Source of the DNA: Gemmatimonadales bacterium
GTDB taxonomy: Bacteria; Gemmatimonadota; Gemmatimonadetes; Gemmatimonadales; GWC2-71-9
NCBI GenBank assembly: GCA_037189525.1
Contig: JBBCJC010000011.1
Span: 11,634-75,633 of the forward strand
DNA: 64,000 nt
Direction: 5' to 3'
The translations under genes were made by a program, and so were the position numbers. The notes below the pieces were generated by a model, which saw nothing but the letters and a program-made list of their open reading frames with translations, ran no database searches and had not been told where the DNA came from. Below are positions 48,655-58,436 of this stretch, in pieces (position 1 is the stretch's first letter; the number at the start of each line of letters is the position of its first letter).

Positions 48655-49674
48655 TCAGTCCAGTTCCGCGATTCGCCGCGCGACATCGGCCACGTCGTGC
48701 GACGCGCTGAGCCGAGCGAATACCGATCCCGCTGCCTCATAACTCGCCTTCGCTTCCGCCAGACGACTCGTCGCGGCCAACAGGTCGCCTAACTCGCGGC
48801 GAGCTTCACCGTCGGTAAGCGGTGTCTGACTGCGGTCTGCCATCGCCACCGCGGCCTTGAGGAACGACTCGGCCGAATCGAAACGGTTGAGCGAGGCGTG
48901 AATGCGTCCCAGGATCCGGCAAGCGCCGGCCAAATCGACCAGCGTGCCGGTCTGGAGGAAGACGGCGTACGCGCCGGTGGCATCGTCCAGTGCGCGATCG
49001 AACGCTCCTTCGGCATGGAGAAGCTCGGCGCGATTGAGATGGCAGAGGCCCGTCAGGCGCCCGTCGCCTGCCCGTTCGGCGGCGGCCAGCCCTTCGCCGA
49101 AATGCTGGTGAGCCGTGTCGGTGTGACCGCGATCGGATGCGATCATGGCCAGGTTGTGATGGACCATGGCCAACCCCGCGGCATCCTCGTGGCGCGCCAG
49201 GCAACTCAACGCTCTCCGGTAGTGCGCTTCCGCGTCGTCCCAGCGTCCCTGGATGCTGGCGACGATGCCCAGGTTCTGCTCGATTCGCCCGGCGAGGTCG
49301 TCGGGGATGCCGTCGATCGCCAGGGCGTCGAGGAAGCTTTCCGTGGCGTGTTCGAGGTCGCCCATTTCGAGCTGGATGCAGCCGATGGTATTGCTCGTCT
49401 CGACTCGGAGGCGGCTCTGGTTGGTGCGGAGCGCGCAGTTGCGGCTCCGCTCGGCCAGACTGCGGGCGTCTCCCGGATAGCCGGCGCGGAAGCGAAGCTC
49501 CGCCAGGCGCCGTAACGCATCGGCTTCGACGGCGGCATTGCCTTCGTCATGCGCTGCGGTTGCCGCGCGGGCGAACTGTTCCGAGGCGCGTTCGAATCGG
49601 CCGGCTGCCAGCAGCAGGAGTCCGTCCTCGACCATGGCAGACGCAGGTTCTGCCTTCCATGGCGCGGTGGCCAT
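48655..49674 (-). CDS. TPR-repeat protein (MalT/TPR_12-like)
   Basis: Repeated NLG/NLA...G..D.A..H..AL helices; start could be 49704. Confidence 0.8.
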   Translation of the reverse strand: MATAPWKAEPASAMVEDGLLLLAAGRFERASEQFARAATAAHDEGNAAVEADALRRLAELRFRAGYPGDARSLAERSRNCALRTNQSRLRVETSNTIGCIQLEMGDLEHATESFLDALAIDGIPDDLAGRIEQNLGIVASIQGRWDDAEAHYRRALSCLARHEDAAGLAMVHHNLAMIASDRGHTDTAHQHFGEGLAAAERAGDGRLTGLCHLNRAELLHAEGAFDRALDDATGAYAVFLQTGTLVDLAGACRILGRIHASLNRFDSAESFLKAAVAMADRSQTPLTDGEARRELGDLLAATSRLAEAKASYEAAGSVFARLSASHDVADVARRIAELD

Positions 49675-50103
49675 GCTCTCGGTCGAGTCGAATCGGTCGA
49701 TCACTGTTGCCCTCCCATTCGCGCCGCGTTCTCGGATTGCGCCGTGGCTTCTGCCGTCGTGCGTTCACGGGGCAACGCGGGTGCCGCATCCGACGCACAA
49801 CCCGCTATCTCGCGCCGATTGGCCCGCAACTAGGGCCATTCGGCCCTATCGCGATCGACTGAACCGGCGGATTCATGAAGGTCCGATGATGTGGCCGTCA
49901 TAGATGAAAACGAGATGATGCAGGCCTCACGATAAAGTGCGAGTGCAGTTGTCGCGAATTGCTGGCGCGCCATGCAAACTTCGCCGCCGAATCGGAAGTG
50001 CGGCCGGGCTCGTCGTTTTGCGGCTCTCTAGGTACGCATTGAGCGAAGACGTAGCCTACGCCGGACATCTTCTCTCTGCGGAGCCTGGCCGATCGGACCT
50101 GCG

Positions 50104-50118
50104 TGGCACACCGGTTGC
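50104..50118 (+). promoter_or_regulatory. Sigma54 (-24/-12) promoter of the pilus operon
   Basis: Exact TGGCAC-N5-TTGC (TGGCAC ACCGG TTGC) about 110 nt upstream of the first subunit gene. Confidence 0.7.
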
Positions 50119-50228
50119 GCCTGGTGCGATCGATGCGCTGCCCTCCCGCTGGTGCGGACACGGCGGCAGCCGACCACCCGCTCTAGGGAATGGGACGGCG
50201 TGATTCCGGACTTCGTCAGGAGGTGTGC

Positions 50229-50729
50229 GTGCGATCGAAACGATGGATCGGACTGGTCGTTCTCGTCATGGCCGTGGGCGCTGCCCAGCGCGCCGTGGCG
50301 CAGAACTCTGCCAATGCGAGTGTCACTGCCAGCGTGCAACAGCCGATCACGGTAACGGCGACGGCCGATCTGGACTTCGGGTTGGTGTTTCCCGGTCTCG
50401 ATCGCACCATCGCCGTTACCGACGGCGGCGCGGCGCGTTTCACGGTGCAGGGACAGCAGAGCGCGAACATCAACATCACGTTCACCCTGCCGGCCAACAT
50501 TACCAGCGGAGCGAACAATCTCCCGATCTCGAGTTGGCAGGGCCGGCACAACAGCTCCAATACGCCGGCCTCCGGAACGGACTTCGTCCCGGCGCCGACC
50601 GCGACCTCGACATCGATTCCTGGCGGCGGCTTCCTCTATGTATTCGTTGGCGCCACCGCGCAGCCATCGGTGTCGCAGGCGGCGGGGACCTACACCGGAA
50701 CCATGACGATGACCGTGGTGTACTTCTGA
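50229..50729 (+). CDS. Secreted pilin-like subunit (DUF4402-like)
   Basis: AGGAGG then GTG; signal peptide AVA-Q; DLDFG; C-terminal AGTYTGTMTMTVVYF. Confidence 0.8.
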   Translation: MRSKRWIGLVVLVMAVGAAQRAVAQNSANASVTASVQQPITVTATADLDFGLVFPGLDRTIAVTDGGAARFTVQGQQSANINITFTLPANITSGANNLPISSWQGRHNSSNTPASGTDFVPAPTATSTSIPGGGFLYVFVGATAQPSVSQAAGTYTGTMTMTVVYF

Positions 50730-50732
50730 CCG

Positions 50733-51557
50733 ATGTGGCGCCTTCGTCTCGTCTCCCTGCTTGCCGCGGCGTTTCCGGCATCACTTGCCGCGCAGGCCGT
50801 GCTGATTGCGCCGCAAGCCGTGGTGGTCGATCGGGGCCAGCGCGCCGGAACCTTCACGGTCGTCAACATCGGTGAGGATCGGGTCGAGGTCGATCTGTCG
50901 ACGCTCTACGGCGTTCCGGTTACGGATTCGGTCGGAAACCTGCTCCTCGACACCAAGACGCCGCTGACCGATTCGACCCCGTCGGCGGCTGCCTGGATCG
51001 AGATGTTTCCGCGCCGCTTTGCCCTCGAACCCGGTGCGCGGCGAACGGTGCGTCTCCTGGTGCGCCCGCCCGACGGTGTCCCTGATCGGGAGTACTGGGC
51101 CCGTCTGGTCGTGGCATCCCGCGCGGTGCCACGTGCTGCTCCAGTCGCTGCGGCAGAGGCGGTCAATGTGGCGATCACCCTGGAAGTCAGGAGCGTCTTT
51201 CCGTTCCTCTTTCGAAAGGGCAGTGTCGCGACGGCGCTCGAACTTGGCGAACCGACCGCCGTGCGCGGAGCCGATTCGATCACCGTACGCGTTCCGCTTA
51301 CTCGTCGCGGCAACGCGGCCTGGGTTGGAACCGTGCGTGCAACGGTCGAGGACAAGAGCGGCCGAGTGGTGCGTGAAGCCGAGCTGCCGCTGGGGGTCTA
51401 TCACAGTCTGCACCCGCGTCTGGTGATGTCGGCGGCTGACCTGCCCGATCGGGACTACCTGGTTCGGGTCGAGGCCATCGGCAAGCGGAGCGATCTGCCC
51501 GCCTCGTTCGTGTTGCCGACCGCGCCGGTCCGACGGGTGGTGGAGCTCCGCCGGTGA
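50733..51557 (+). CDS. Periplasmic pilus chaperone (PapD-like)
   Basis: Signal peptide; IAPQAVVV, FPRRFALEPGARRTVRL, EYWARL, RRGNA. Confidence 0.78.
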   Translation: MWRLRLVSLLAAAFPASLAAQAVLIAPQAVVVDRGQRAGTFTVVNIGEDRVEVDLSTLYGVPVTDSVGNLLLDTKTPLTDSTPSAAAWIEMFPRRFALEPGARRTVRLLVRPPDGVPDREYWARLVVASRAVPRAAPVAAAEAVNVAITLEVRSVFPFLFRKGSVATALELGEPTAVRGADSITVRVPLTRRGNAAWVGTVRATVEDKSGRVVREAELPLGVYHSLHPRLVMSAADLPDRDYLVRVEAIGKRSDLPASFVLPTAPVRRVVELRR

Positions 51558-52033
51558 CCGTCCTGGCGAGGGCTCGGCGCGGGTGCCTCGCTGTCGCCGT
51601 TGCGCTAGCCTCGCCGGTCCGCCTCGATGCGCAAGTCACGCAGCGAGCCAATCTGAATCTGGGTTCGGTCATCTCCGGTACCACGACCAGCGTTGGACCG
51701 GCCGAGGCCGGCGCCGCCAGCTGGCGGATCCATTTCACCCTGCTCGCGGTGCTCCCATCGTTCGAGCTCACGCTACCCACGCAACTCGATCGGACGGGTG
51801 GCGGCGCCAGTATGCCGATTTCGTTCTGCAGCACGTGCGGTCTCTACCGGAACAACAACACCACGCCCGGCGGCACGACGTTCAACCCGAATACGTCGGT
51901 CGGCCTGGGTATCATCTCCCTGGGGACCAACATCTACGTGTGGCTCGGGGGCTCGGTCTCGCCTCCGCTCAACCAGATGGCCGGCAATTATTCCGGCACC
52001 GTGGTCCTCACGCTCTACGGCGTCACGCTCTAG
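51554..52033 (+). CDS. Second pilin-like subunit (DUF4402-like)
   Basis: Signal peptide; NLNLG; YVWLGGSVSP..NQMAGNYSGTVVLTL, paralogous to 50229-50729. Confidence 0.75.
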   Translation: MTVLARARRGCLAVAVALASPVRLDAQVTQRANLNLGSVISGTTTSVGPAEAGAASWRIHFTLLAVLPSFELTLPTQLDRTGGGASMPISFCSTCGLYRNNNTTPGGTTFNPNTSVGLGIISLGTNIYVWLGGSVSPPLNQMAGNYSGTVVLTLYGVTL

Positions 52034-52043
52034 CGGGGCCGCC

Positions 52044-54494
52044 ATGACGGCTCCCGGTAGCAACGCATGGCGATGGACATTCGGCTGGCTCGTGCTGAGT
52101 ATCGGGTGCGGGGCGCCTGGTCCGGTGTCGATGCCAACCCCCGCTCCGGGCTCAGCCGTGGTAGACGATACCGGCGACCCCGTCCTGGTCGAAGTGCGGC
52201 TGGGGGCGGTGGCGGCGTCGACCATGCCGGGACGCATGGTTCGCGACACTCTCTACCTTCCGGTTGCCTCCGTGTTCGACCTGCTGGAAATCCGGCGCTC
52301 GTCTGATCGTCGCTACCGCTCGCTCGACGACCTGGGGCGGGTCCTCGGAACGGGGCTCAGCTTCGACGAGTCGCAAGCCCTGGTACGGGTTGCCCCGTCT
52401 GCGGACCTGCCGATCGTACGCCGATTGCTGCGCGCGGCGGCGCGGGAGCGCCTGCGAGACTCCGCTACGGCCCAACCGGTTGCGGCCGCCGCCGAACGGC
52501 CTGGGTGGAGCGGCATGGTCCTGGACTACGACCTGCATACGACCGGCCGCACTCCGATCGATCACACCACCTATCGGGTGGGCCTTGCCAGTGCCGCGCT
52601 CGGCGGTGTGGCCGTCGGCCGGTTTCGCGGCACCAGCGGCAGCGATGCGTCGGTCGACCTCGAGTGGCACCGCACCTGGCCCGAGAGCCGCTGGCTCACC
52701 GGCCTTCGGGTGGGAGATGTCGCTACCCAGAGCCCGCGCACCGAGCAGGTGCGCGGTGTTTCGCTGACGAACCGTCCACCCTTTCGTCCGCTGCTGCTCG
52801 AGGCGCTGCCGTTTTCCGGCGCGTTGCCGCCGGGGTGGAGCGTCGACGCGTACCGCTCCGGCCGCCTGATCGGTTTCGACTCGGCCGGAGCAGGGGGACG
52901 CTACCGGATCATGGTGCCGGTCCACTACGGGGAGAACCCGATCGATCTGGTTGCCTACGGACCAAACGGCGAGATTCGGGAGCTGAATCAGAGCTTTCGG
53001 GCGGTGCCGATGCTGTTGCGCGGCGGGGCGGCGGAGTATGCCGTGGCCGCCGGTGAATGCCGAGATGCGCGCTGCCGATGGCTTGCCAATGCGGACTTTG
53101 CGGTCGGCGTGACCTCGCGCCTGTCTGCCCGGGCCGGTATCACCATGCAGGCCAGCGATACCGCGCGCACCTGGCGCCCCTACGGCACTCTCACTGCCGC
53201 ACCCCTCAACGCTCTCGGCCTCGACTTCGAGCATCTCACGGGTCTGGTGACGCGGGCCGCCGTTCGCTACGAACCGAGCGTGCATCGGGCGCTGACGCTC
53301 GACCTGCTCGACTTTGCAGACGGCGGCGTCCGGCGCGAGTGGCGGCTCCACGGCCGGATCGGTTCCCGCGGGCGCGGCACCGTCGGCGTCGAAGCCATGG
53401 TCAGTCGCGCCCTGGGCGATTCCGGCACGGCGACCACGGCGCGGGCGGCGCTGGCCATGCCGCTCTCGCATCTCCACGTTCGTCCCTTCGTCAGGCTCAG
53501 CTGGGGTTCGCTCGGTGCGGATCAGTCGGCCTTCGGTCTCGAGGGAACCCTTCTGCCGGCGGCGGGGTGGCCAGCGTTGCTGCGCCGGCTCTGGCTCCGC
53601 GCCGATGCGGAGGTCGACCTGGATGGTACGTTGCGTCGTTCCAGCCTCGCGGCCATGACCGGCATGGGCTCGCTCGGCCGACTGGAGACGATCGTGACCT
53701 GGGAACGAAATCGAACCGGTCCGGCGTTTTCGCTCGGTCTGGTGACCCAGCTGTCGCAACTGCGCTATGCGGTGCGCGGGATTGCCGATCCGGGCAGCTC
53801 CGGCCGGATGGACCAGGTGGCGGGCGGCTCGGCCGTGTGGGATCGGAAGGGCGGGCGGGTCATGTGGTCTGCGGAGCCGGCAATCGATCGGGCCGGGGTG
53901 GCGGGCATCGTCTTTCTCGACCTCGACGGCAACGGGTCCCGGAGCGCTGATGAGCCGCTGCTGCCCGGCACCCGGCTGTTCACCGCCGGTCGAGCGTTGG
54001 TCACCGACCAGTCCGGACGCTTCGAGTTGTGGGGTGTGCAACCGTTCGAACCGATTCAACTCACCGTCGACAGCGCCAGTCTGGCCGATCCGCAGTGGAT
54101 TCCCGATCGTGCCCGGCTGGCGGTCGTGCCTCGGCCCGGAGAAGTCGTCAGTCTCCAGATTCCGATCGTGGAGGGCGCCATTCTGGAGGGACGGCTCGAA
54201 TGGAGCGGGGCCGGTAGTGCGCTGGCGGGCCGCATCGAGCTCGTGCTCGAGCATCAGCACTCGGGTGTGACGCAGCGGATCGAGCCGTTTTCCGACGGGT
54301 CGTTCTATCAGATGGGACTCAGGCCGGGACGGTACCGGCTCAGTCTCGACGGAGCGGCGGCCGCCGCGTTGGGCGTAGCGGCCGACCCTGTCACGTTCGA
54401 GCTGGCTGCCGGAACCCGCGCAGGAACCGGAAGTACCGGGCCGGTGGTGCTGGCGTTGCGATCCCGCGAGGACGCCGTCGCCATCCGTCGCTGA
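52044..54494 (+). CDS. Outer-membrane usher-like protein
   Basis: 816 aa, beta-rich; LPPGWSVDAYRSGRL, YGENPIDLVAYGPNGE; C-terminal FLDLDGNG..DEP and carboxypeptidase-regulatory-like repeats. Confidence 0.72.
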   Translation: MTAPGSNAWRWTFGWLVLSIGCGAPGPVSMPTPAPGSAVVDDTGDPVLVEVRLGAVAASTMPGRMVRDTLYLPVASVFDLLEIRRSSDRRYRSLDDLGRVLGTGLSFDESQALVRVAPSADLPIVRRLLRAAARERLRDSATAQPVAAAAERPGWSGMVLDYDLHTTGRTPIDHTTYRVGLASAALGGVAVGRFRGTSGSDASVDLEWHRTWPESRWLTGLRVGDVATQSPRTEQVRGVSLTNRPPFRPLLLEALPFSGALPPGWSVDAYRSGRLIGFDSAGAGGRYRIMVPVHYGENPIDLVAYGPNGEIRELNQSFRAVPMLLRGGAAEYAVAAGECRDARCRWLANADFAVGVTSRLSARAGITMQASDTARTWRPYGTLTAAPLNALGLDFEHLTGLVTRAAVRYEPSVHRALTLDLLDFADGGVRREWRLHGRIGSRGRGTVGVEAMVSRALGDSGTATTARAALAMPLSHLHVRPFVRLSWGSLGADQSAFGLEGTLLPAAGWPALLRRLWLRADAEVDLDGTLRRSSLAAMTGMGSLGRLETIVTWERNRTGPAFSLGLVTQLSQLRYAVRGIADPGSSGRMDQVAGGSAVWDRKGGRVMWSAEPAIDRAGVAGIVFLDLDGNGSRSADEPLLPGTRLFTAGRALVTDQSGRFELWGVQPFEPIQLTVDSASLADPQWIPDRARLAVVPRPGEVVSLQIPIVEGAILEGRLEWSGAGSALAGRIELVLEHQHSGVTQRIEPFSDGSFYQMGLRPGRYRLSLDGAAAAALGVAADPVTFELAAGTRAGTGSTGPVVLALRSREDAVAIRR

Positions 54495-54515
54495 GGGAGA
54501 ACCTTCGGCCTAGGC

Positions 54516-56357
54516 CTAGATTCGTCCGCCGAGAACGCGGAGCGCGTTGACGATGACGGCGACGTCGATCGCTTCCTGTAGCAGCGCACCAACCGTGGGC
54601 GTAATCTGCCCCGCGGCGGCAAACCCCATCGCCACCAGCGATAATCCGAGCCCGGCTCCGATGCTTTGCCGGGCAATCCGCATGGTGCGCCTGGCGATCC
54701 CGACGGCTTCGGGAATCCGGCGCAGGTCGTCGGTCAGCAGGACGACGTCGGCTGCTTCGGCACTCAGCCCCCGGGTTTCCGTTGCGATCGCGAGGCCGAC
54801 ATGCGCAGCGGCGAGGGCCGGCGCATCGTTGGCGCCGTCGCCCACCATCAGGACATGGCGTCCGTCGCGCTGCATTGCACTGATCCGGGCCAGCTTGTCC
54901 TCCGGCAACAGATCGCCCTCCGCTTCGCGGATACCGAGCTCGCCGGCGACGGCGGAGACGTTGGCGGCGCGGTCGCCGGAGAGCAGGAGGGTACGACGGA
55001 TCCCGGCCGACTCGAGCGCCTGCACCGCGGCTCGCGCCTGAGGCCGAAGCTGGTCGGCGTAGTGAACCATGCCTGCGGCGCGGCCGTCGATCACGACGTA
55101 TGCCCGGAGCCCCGGATCGTTGTCGTACGACAGGAAGGCCCGGGCTGCTTCCGGCTCGAAGCTCCGAATCAGCTTCTGCGCGCCAACCGTGACGGTATGC
55201 CCGTCGACTCGGCCGGTTACGCCGCCACCCGGCGCCTCGACCACGTCGGTCGCCTCGGGCAGGGCGGGGTACTCCCGCGCGGCCGCTGCGCTGAGCGAAC
55301 GGGCCAGCAGATGTCCTGACCCCTGCTCGACGGCGCCGGCCAGTTTGAGCAATTCGGACGGAGTGAACGGCGGGAGTGCCGTGACATGATCGACCTCGGG
55401 GTGCCCCTCGGTGAGCGTACCCGTTTTGTCGAACACCGCGGTGTCCACCGAGGCCAGCCGCTCCAAGGCGACGCCATGACGAACGATGATTTGCCGCCGC
55501 GCCGAACGGTTGATGCCGCCCAACATCGCGACCGGCGCGGCCAGGATCAGCGGGCAGGGCGTCGCCACGACGAGGACGGCCAGGACCCGGACGGGGTCGC
55601 CGGAGAGCGCGTACGCCGCCGCGCACACGACGAGCGTCACCGGTGTAAACCAGACGGCCGCGCGATCCGCGACGCGCTGGATCGGAGCCTTGCTGGTTTC
55701 CGCCGTGCGTACCAACTCGACGATTCGATGATAGTGGCTGGCGTCGGCCGGTGCGGTGACCTCGATCGTGACCGGGCGTTCGAGGGCAATCGATCCGCTC
55801 AGCACCGGCATGCCGGGCTGGGCATCGACCGGGGCCGCTTCCCCGGTGATGGTGGCGACATCGAAGCTGCCGCGTCCTTGGCGGACCACGCCGTTGCAGG
55901 GCACCATCTCGCCGGGGCGTACCAGGATCAGGTCGCCGATGATGACGACGCCGACCGGCCGATCCTCGACCGCGCCGTCCCGGAGCACGTGGGCAATCCG
56001 CGGGGCCATCGCTTCGAGGGTCGCGACCGCCTGTGATGCGCGCCGAGCGGCGCCGGCTTCGAGCGCTTCGCCGCCCGTTTGCATGATGACGATGACGAGT
56101 CCGGCCACCGGCTCGCCCAGGATCACGGCGGCCACTAGCGCCAGCGAAGCGACCAGATCGGCCGCGAATCTGCCCTGGAAAGCGCCCCGCAGCGTTGCCA
56201 GGACGATCGGGGCGCCGAGCCCGACCAGACCGACCATCCAGATCTGATGGCGCAGCGCGGGGGTCGAGCCCAGGTAGGGGGCGAGAAATCCGGCGGCCAG
56301 GAACGCAGCGGCGGCCAGCGGGTGGGCCGCCGTACGTGCCCAGCTGCCGAGTGTCAC
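54516..56357 (-). CDS. Heavy-metal P-type ATPase, P1B-5 subclass signature, no hemerythrin domain
   Basis: TGE, TPCP, DKTGT, GDGAND, Q-x4-G-x3-S-x3-M (QSIGAGLGLSLVAM), QEAID. Confidence 0.9.
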   Translation of the reverse strand: MTLGSWARTAAHPLAAAAFLAAGFLAPYLGSTPALRHQIWMVGLVGLGAPIVLATLRGAFQGRFAADLVASLALVAAVILGEPVAGLVIVIMQTGGEALEAGAARRASQAVATLEAMAPRIAHVLRDGAVEDRPVGVVIIGDLILVRPGEMVPCNGVVRQGRGSFDVATITGEAAPVDAQPGMPVLSGSIALERPVTIEVTAPADASHYHRIVELVRTAETSKAPIQRVADRAAVWFTPVTLVVCAAAYALSGDPVRVLAVLVVATPCPLILAAPVAMLGGINRSARRQIIVRHGVALERLASVDTAVFDKTGTLTEGHPEVDHVTALPPFTPSELLKLAGAVEQGSGHLLARSLSAAAAREYPALPEATDVVEAPGGGVTGRVDGHTVTVGAQKLIRSFEPEAARAFLSYDNDPGLRAYVVIDGRAAGMVHYADQLRPQARAAVQALESAGIRRTLLLSGDRAANVSAVAGELGIREAEGDLLPEDKLARISAMQRDGRHVLMVGDGANDAPALAAAHVGLAIATETRGLSAEAADVVLLTDDLRRIPEAVGIARRTMRIARQSIGAGLGLSLVAMGFAAAGQITPTVGALLQEAIDVAVIVNALRVLGGRI

Positions 56358-57031
56358 TCCTCTGCCGATCGGAGGCTGAAGCCGACGCCGCGGACCGTGA
56401 CGATCTGCGGATCGCTGGCGTACTTGAGGAGCTTGCGGCGCAGGTTACCGACATGGACATCGACCACGTTGCTCTCCGGGTCGAAATGCATGTCCCAGAC
56501 CTTTTCGAGCAGCGTGGTCCGCCGGATCACCTCGGCGGGGTGCAGCATGAAGTACTCGAAGAGTTGAAACTCTTTGGCGGTCAGGTCGATCCGTTTGCCG
56601 TCGGCGCTGGCCTGGTGCTTGAGCCGGTCGATCTCGAACGGCCCGACCCGGATCACGTCCATGCGTTCGGCGCCGCCCCGGCGGTGCAGGGCGCGCAGCC
56701 GGGCGAGCAGTTCATCGAATCGGAACGGCTTGGTCAGGTAGTCGTCCGCGCCCGCGTCGAGCCCCCGGACCACGTCTTCGCCGGCGTCCCGTGAGGTGAG
56801 CATCATGATCGGCGTGTTACGTCCCTCTCGGCGCAGTTCCTGGGCAACCTGGAACCCGTTCTTCTTCGGGAGCATCACGTCGAGCAGGATCACATCGTAG
56901 TCGTAGACGTGTGCCAGCATGGTGGCTTCGTCGCCGTCGGGGGCCACATCGACGACATAGCCCTCTTCCTTGAGCCCCTGTTCGATAAATCCGGCAACTT
57001 TCCGATCGTCTTCGACGAGGAGGATTTTCAT
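56354..57031 (-). CDS. OmpR/CusR-family response regulator
   Basis: LLVEDD, LDVMLP, GADDYLTKPF, SNVVDVHVGNLRRKL. Confidence 0.95.
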   Translation of the reverse strand: MKILLVEDDRKVAGFIEQGLKEEGYVVDVAPDGDEATMLAHVYDYDVILLDVMLPKKNGFQVAQELRREGRNTPIMMLTSRDAGEDVVRGLDAGADDYLTKPFRFDELLARLRALHRRGGAERMDVIRVGPFEIDRLKHQASADGKRIDLTAKEFQLFEYFMLHPAEVIRRTTLLEKVWDMHFDPESNVVDVHVGNLRRKLLKYASDPQIVTVRGVGFSLRSAEE

Positions 57032-57068
57032 AGAGATACGCGCTGACGTGTCTGGTTAGGTGCGGACA

Positions 57069-58292
57069 TCAGGGCTGATTATCTGGTACTCCGGGCAATC
57101 GAAGGACGAACCGTCCCCCGGCCTGCGGCACGGCCCAGAGATCGCCGCCGAGCAGCCGGGCCAGCCGGCGGGACAGGGCCAGGCCGACGCCGTGTCCGGG
57201 GTCGGAACCGTCCATGGCTCCCGCACGATAATAGATATCGAAGATGTGCTCCGTCATCTCTTCCGGCACCCCGGGCCCCTCGTCGAGGACTTCGAATTCG
57301 ACGTCGGTCGGGCCGATGGTGGCCGTCACCGTCACCCGGCTGCCGCTCGGTGCGTAGCGGACGGCGTTGCTCAGCACATTGACGAAAATCTGTTCGACCC
57401 GGTGCGCATCGGTCCGGCAGAGGACGTCTGTTGCCGGCGGGAGGCCGCTCAGGGTGACCTGGCGCTCGTCGGCAGCCGGGGTAACCCGCTGCAGCGCCGA
57501 GCGAACCAGGGCGGCGCAGTCGACGTCTCGGATGATCGGCTTGAGACGGTCCTCGTCGAGCCGATTGAGGTCGAGCAGGTCGTTGATCAGCGCTACTGCA
57601 TGCTCGGCAGCTTCCAGAATCTCGATCGAGCCGCGGGGAACGGTGGCGGGATCCTTCCTGCGCACCATCAGCTCGGCCCAGCCATATACGGCGGCGAGGG
57701 CGTTGCGCAGCTCGTGATTGATCATCGAGAAGAAGCGCTCGCGGCTCCGATGGAGCTGCTGGATTTCCTCGAGGAGCCGGATGGTCCGCTCGTGCAGCTG
57801 CGCATTCTCGACCGCCGATGCCACGATCGAGGCCAGTAGCAGCGCGATGTGCACGTCTTCGTCGCTGAACTCGGCGGCGCCCTGTTTCTCGGTCAGGTAG
57901 AGATCGCCGACGATACCGGCGCGGCCGACGATCGGCACGCCCAGGAACGAATGCATCGGCGGATGATTGGGCGGGAACCCGACTGCCGACGGATGCCGCT
58001 GGAGGTCGGGCATCCGAATCACCTGGCCCTCCCGGATGACCAGCCCGAGCACTCCGTGTCCCACCGGCGGGTTGCCGATCAGGGTGCGCTCCTCATCGGA
58101 GAGCCCCGCGGTCGTGAACGACTTGAGGGTGCGGTGATCCGGATTGAGGAGGCCGACCGCCGCGTACTTCGCATGGAGCAGGTCGCGCGCCAGCTCTGCG
58201 ATCCGGGGCAGGGCGGTGTCGAGGCTGAGTTCGCCGACCAGTTCCGGCGTTGCCCGGACCAATTGTTCGATTCGATCGCCGCTCGAAGCCAT
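57069..58292 (-). CDS. GAF (DosS/DevS-like) sensor histidine kinase
   Basis: GHGVLG...HPSAVGFPPNHPPMHSFLGVPI; NHELRNAL, NVLSNAVRY, DEGPG, GVGL. Confidence 0.88.
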   Translation of the reverse strand: MASSGDRIEQLVRATPELVGELSLDTALPRIAELARDLLHAKYAAVGLLNPDHRTLKSFTTAGLSDEERTLIGNPPVGHGVLGLVIREGQVIRMPDLQRHPSAVGFPPNHPPMHSFLGVPIVGRAGIVGDLYLTEKQGAAEFSDEDVHIALLLASIVASAVENAQLHERTIRLLEEIQQLHRSRERFFSMINHELRNALAAVYGWAELMVRRKDPATVPRGSIEILEAAEHAVALINDLLDLNRLDEDRLKPIIRDVDCAALVRSALQRVTPAADERQVTLSGLPPATDVLCRTDAHRVEQIFVNVLSNAVRYAPSGSRVTVTATIGPTDVEFEVLDEGPGVPEEMTEHIFDIYYRAGAMDGSDPGHGVGLALSRRLARLLGGDLWAVPQAGGRFVLRLPGVPDNQP

Positions 58293-58436
58293 GAGCCCTA
58301 TCATAAGGCATCTTGGATCGTCTCGACAGACGGAATGGCCTCCCCGGGTGTCCGATGGAACAACCCTCGTCATGCATTCATAAATTCTTCACGATTGGAG
58401 GTCTAGCTTGCCGTTCAACCGTATCACGAGGAGCAG

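Noticed and set aside
49705..50100. Riboswitch or small gene in the long intergenic region upstream of the pilus operon
   Set aside because: No recognisable aptamer motif or credible ORF by eye; more likely an enhancer region for the sigma54 promoter (an Rfam scan would settle it)
50229..52033. Pilins as conductive nanowires linked to the cytochrome conduit
   Set aside because: Chaperone-usher-type subunits with no heme motifs or type IV pilin leader, more than 30 kb away; no evidence of a link
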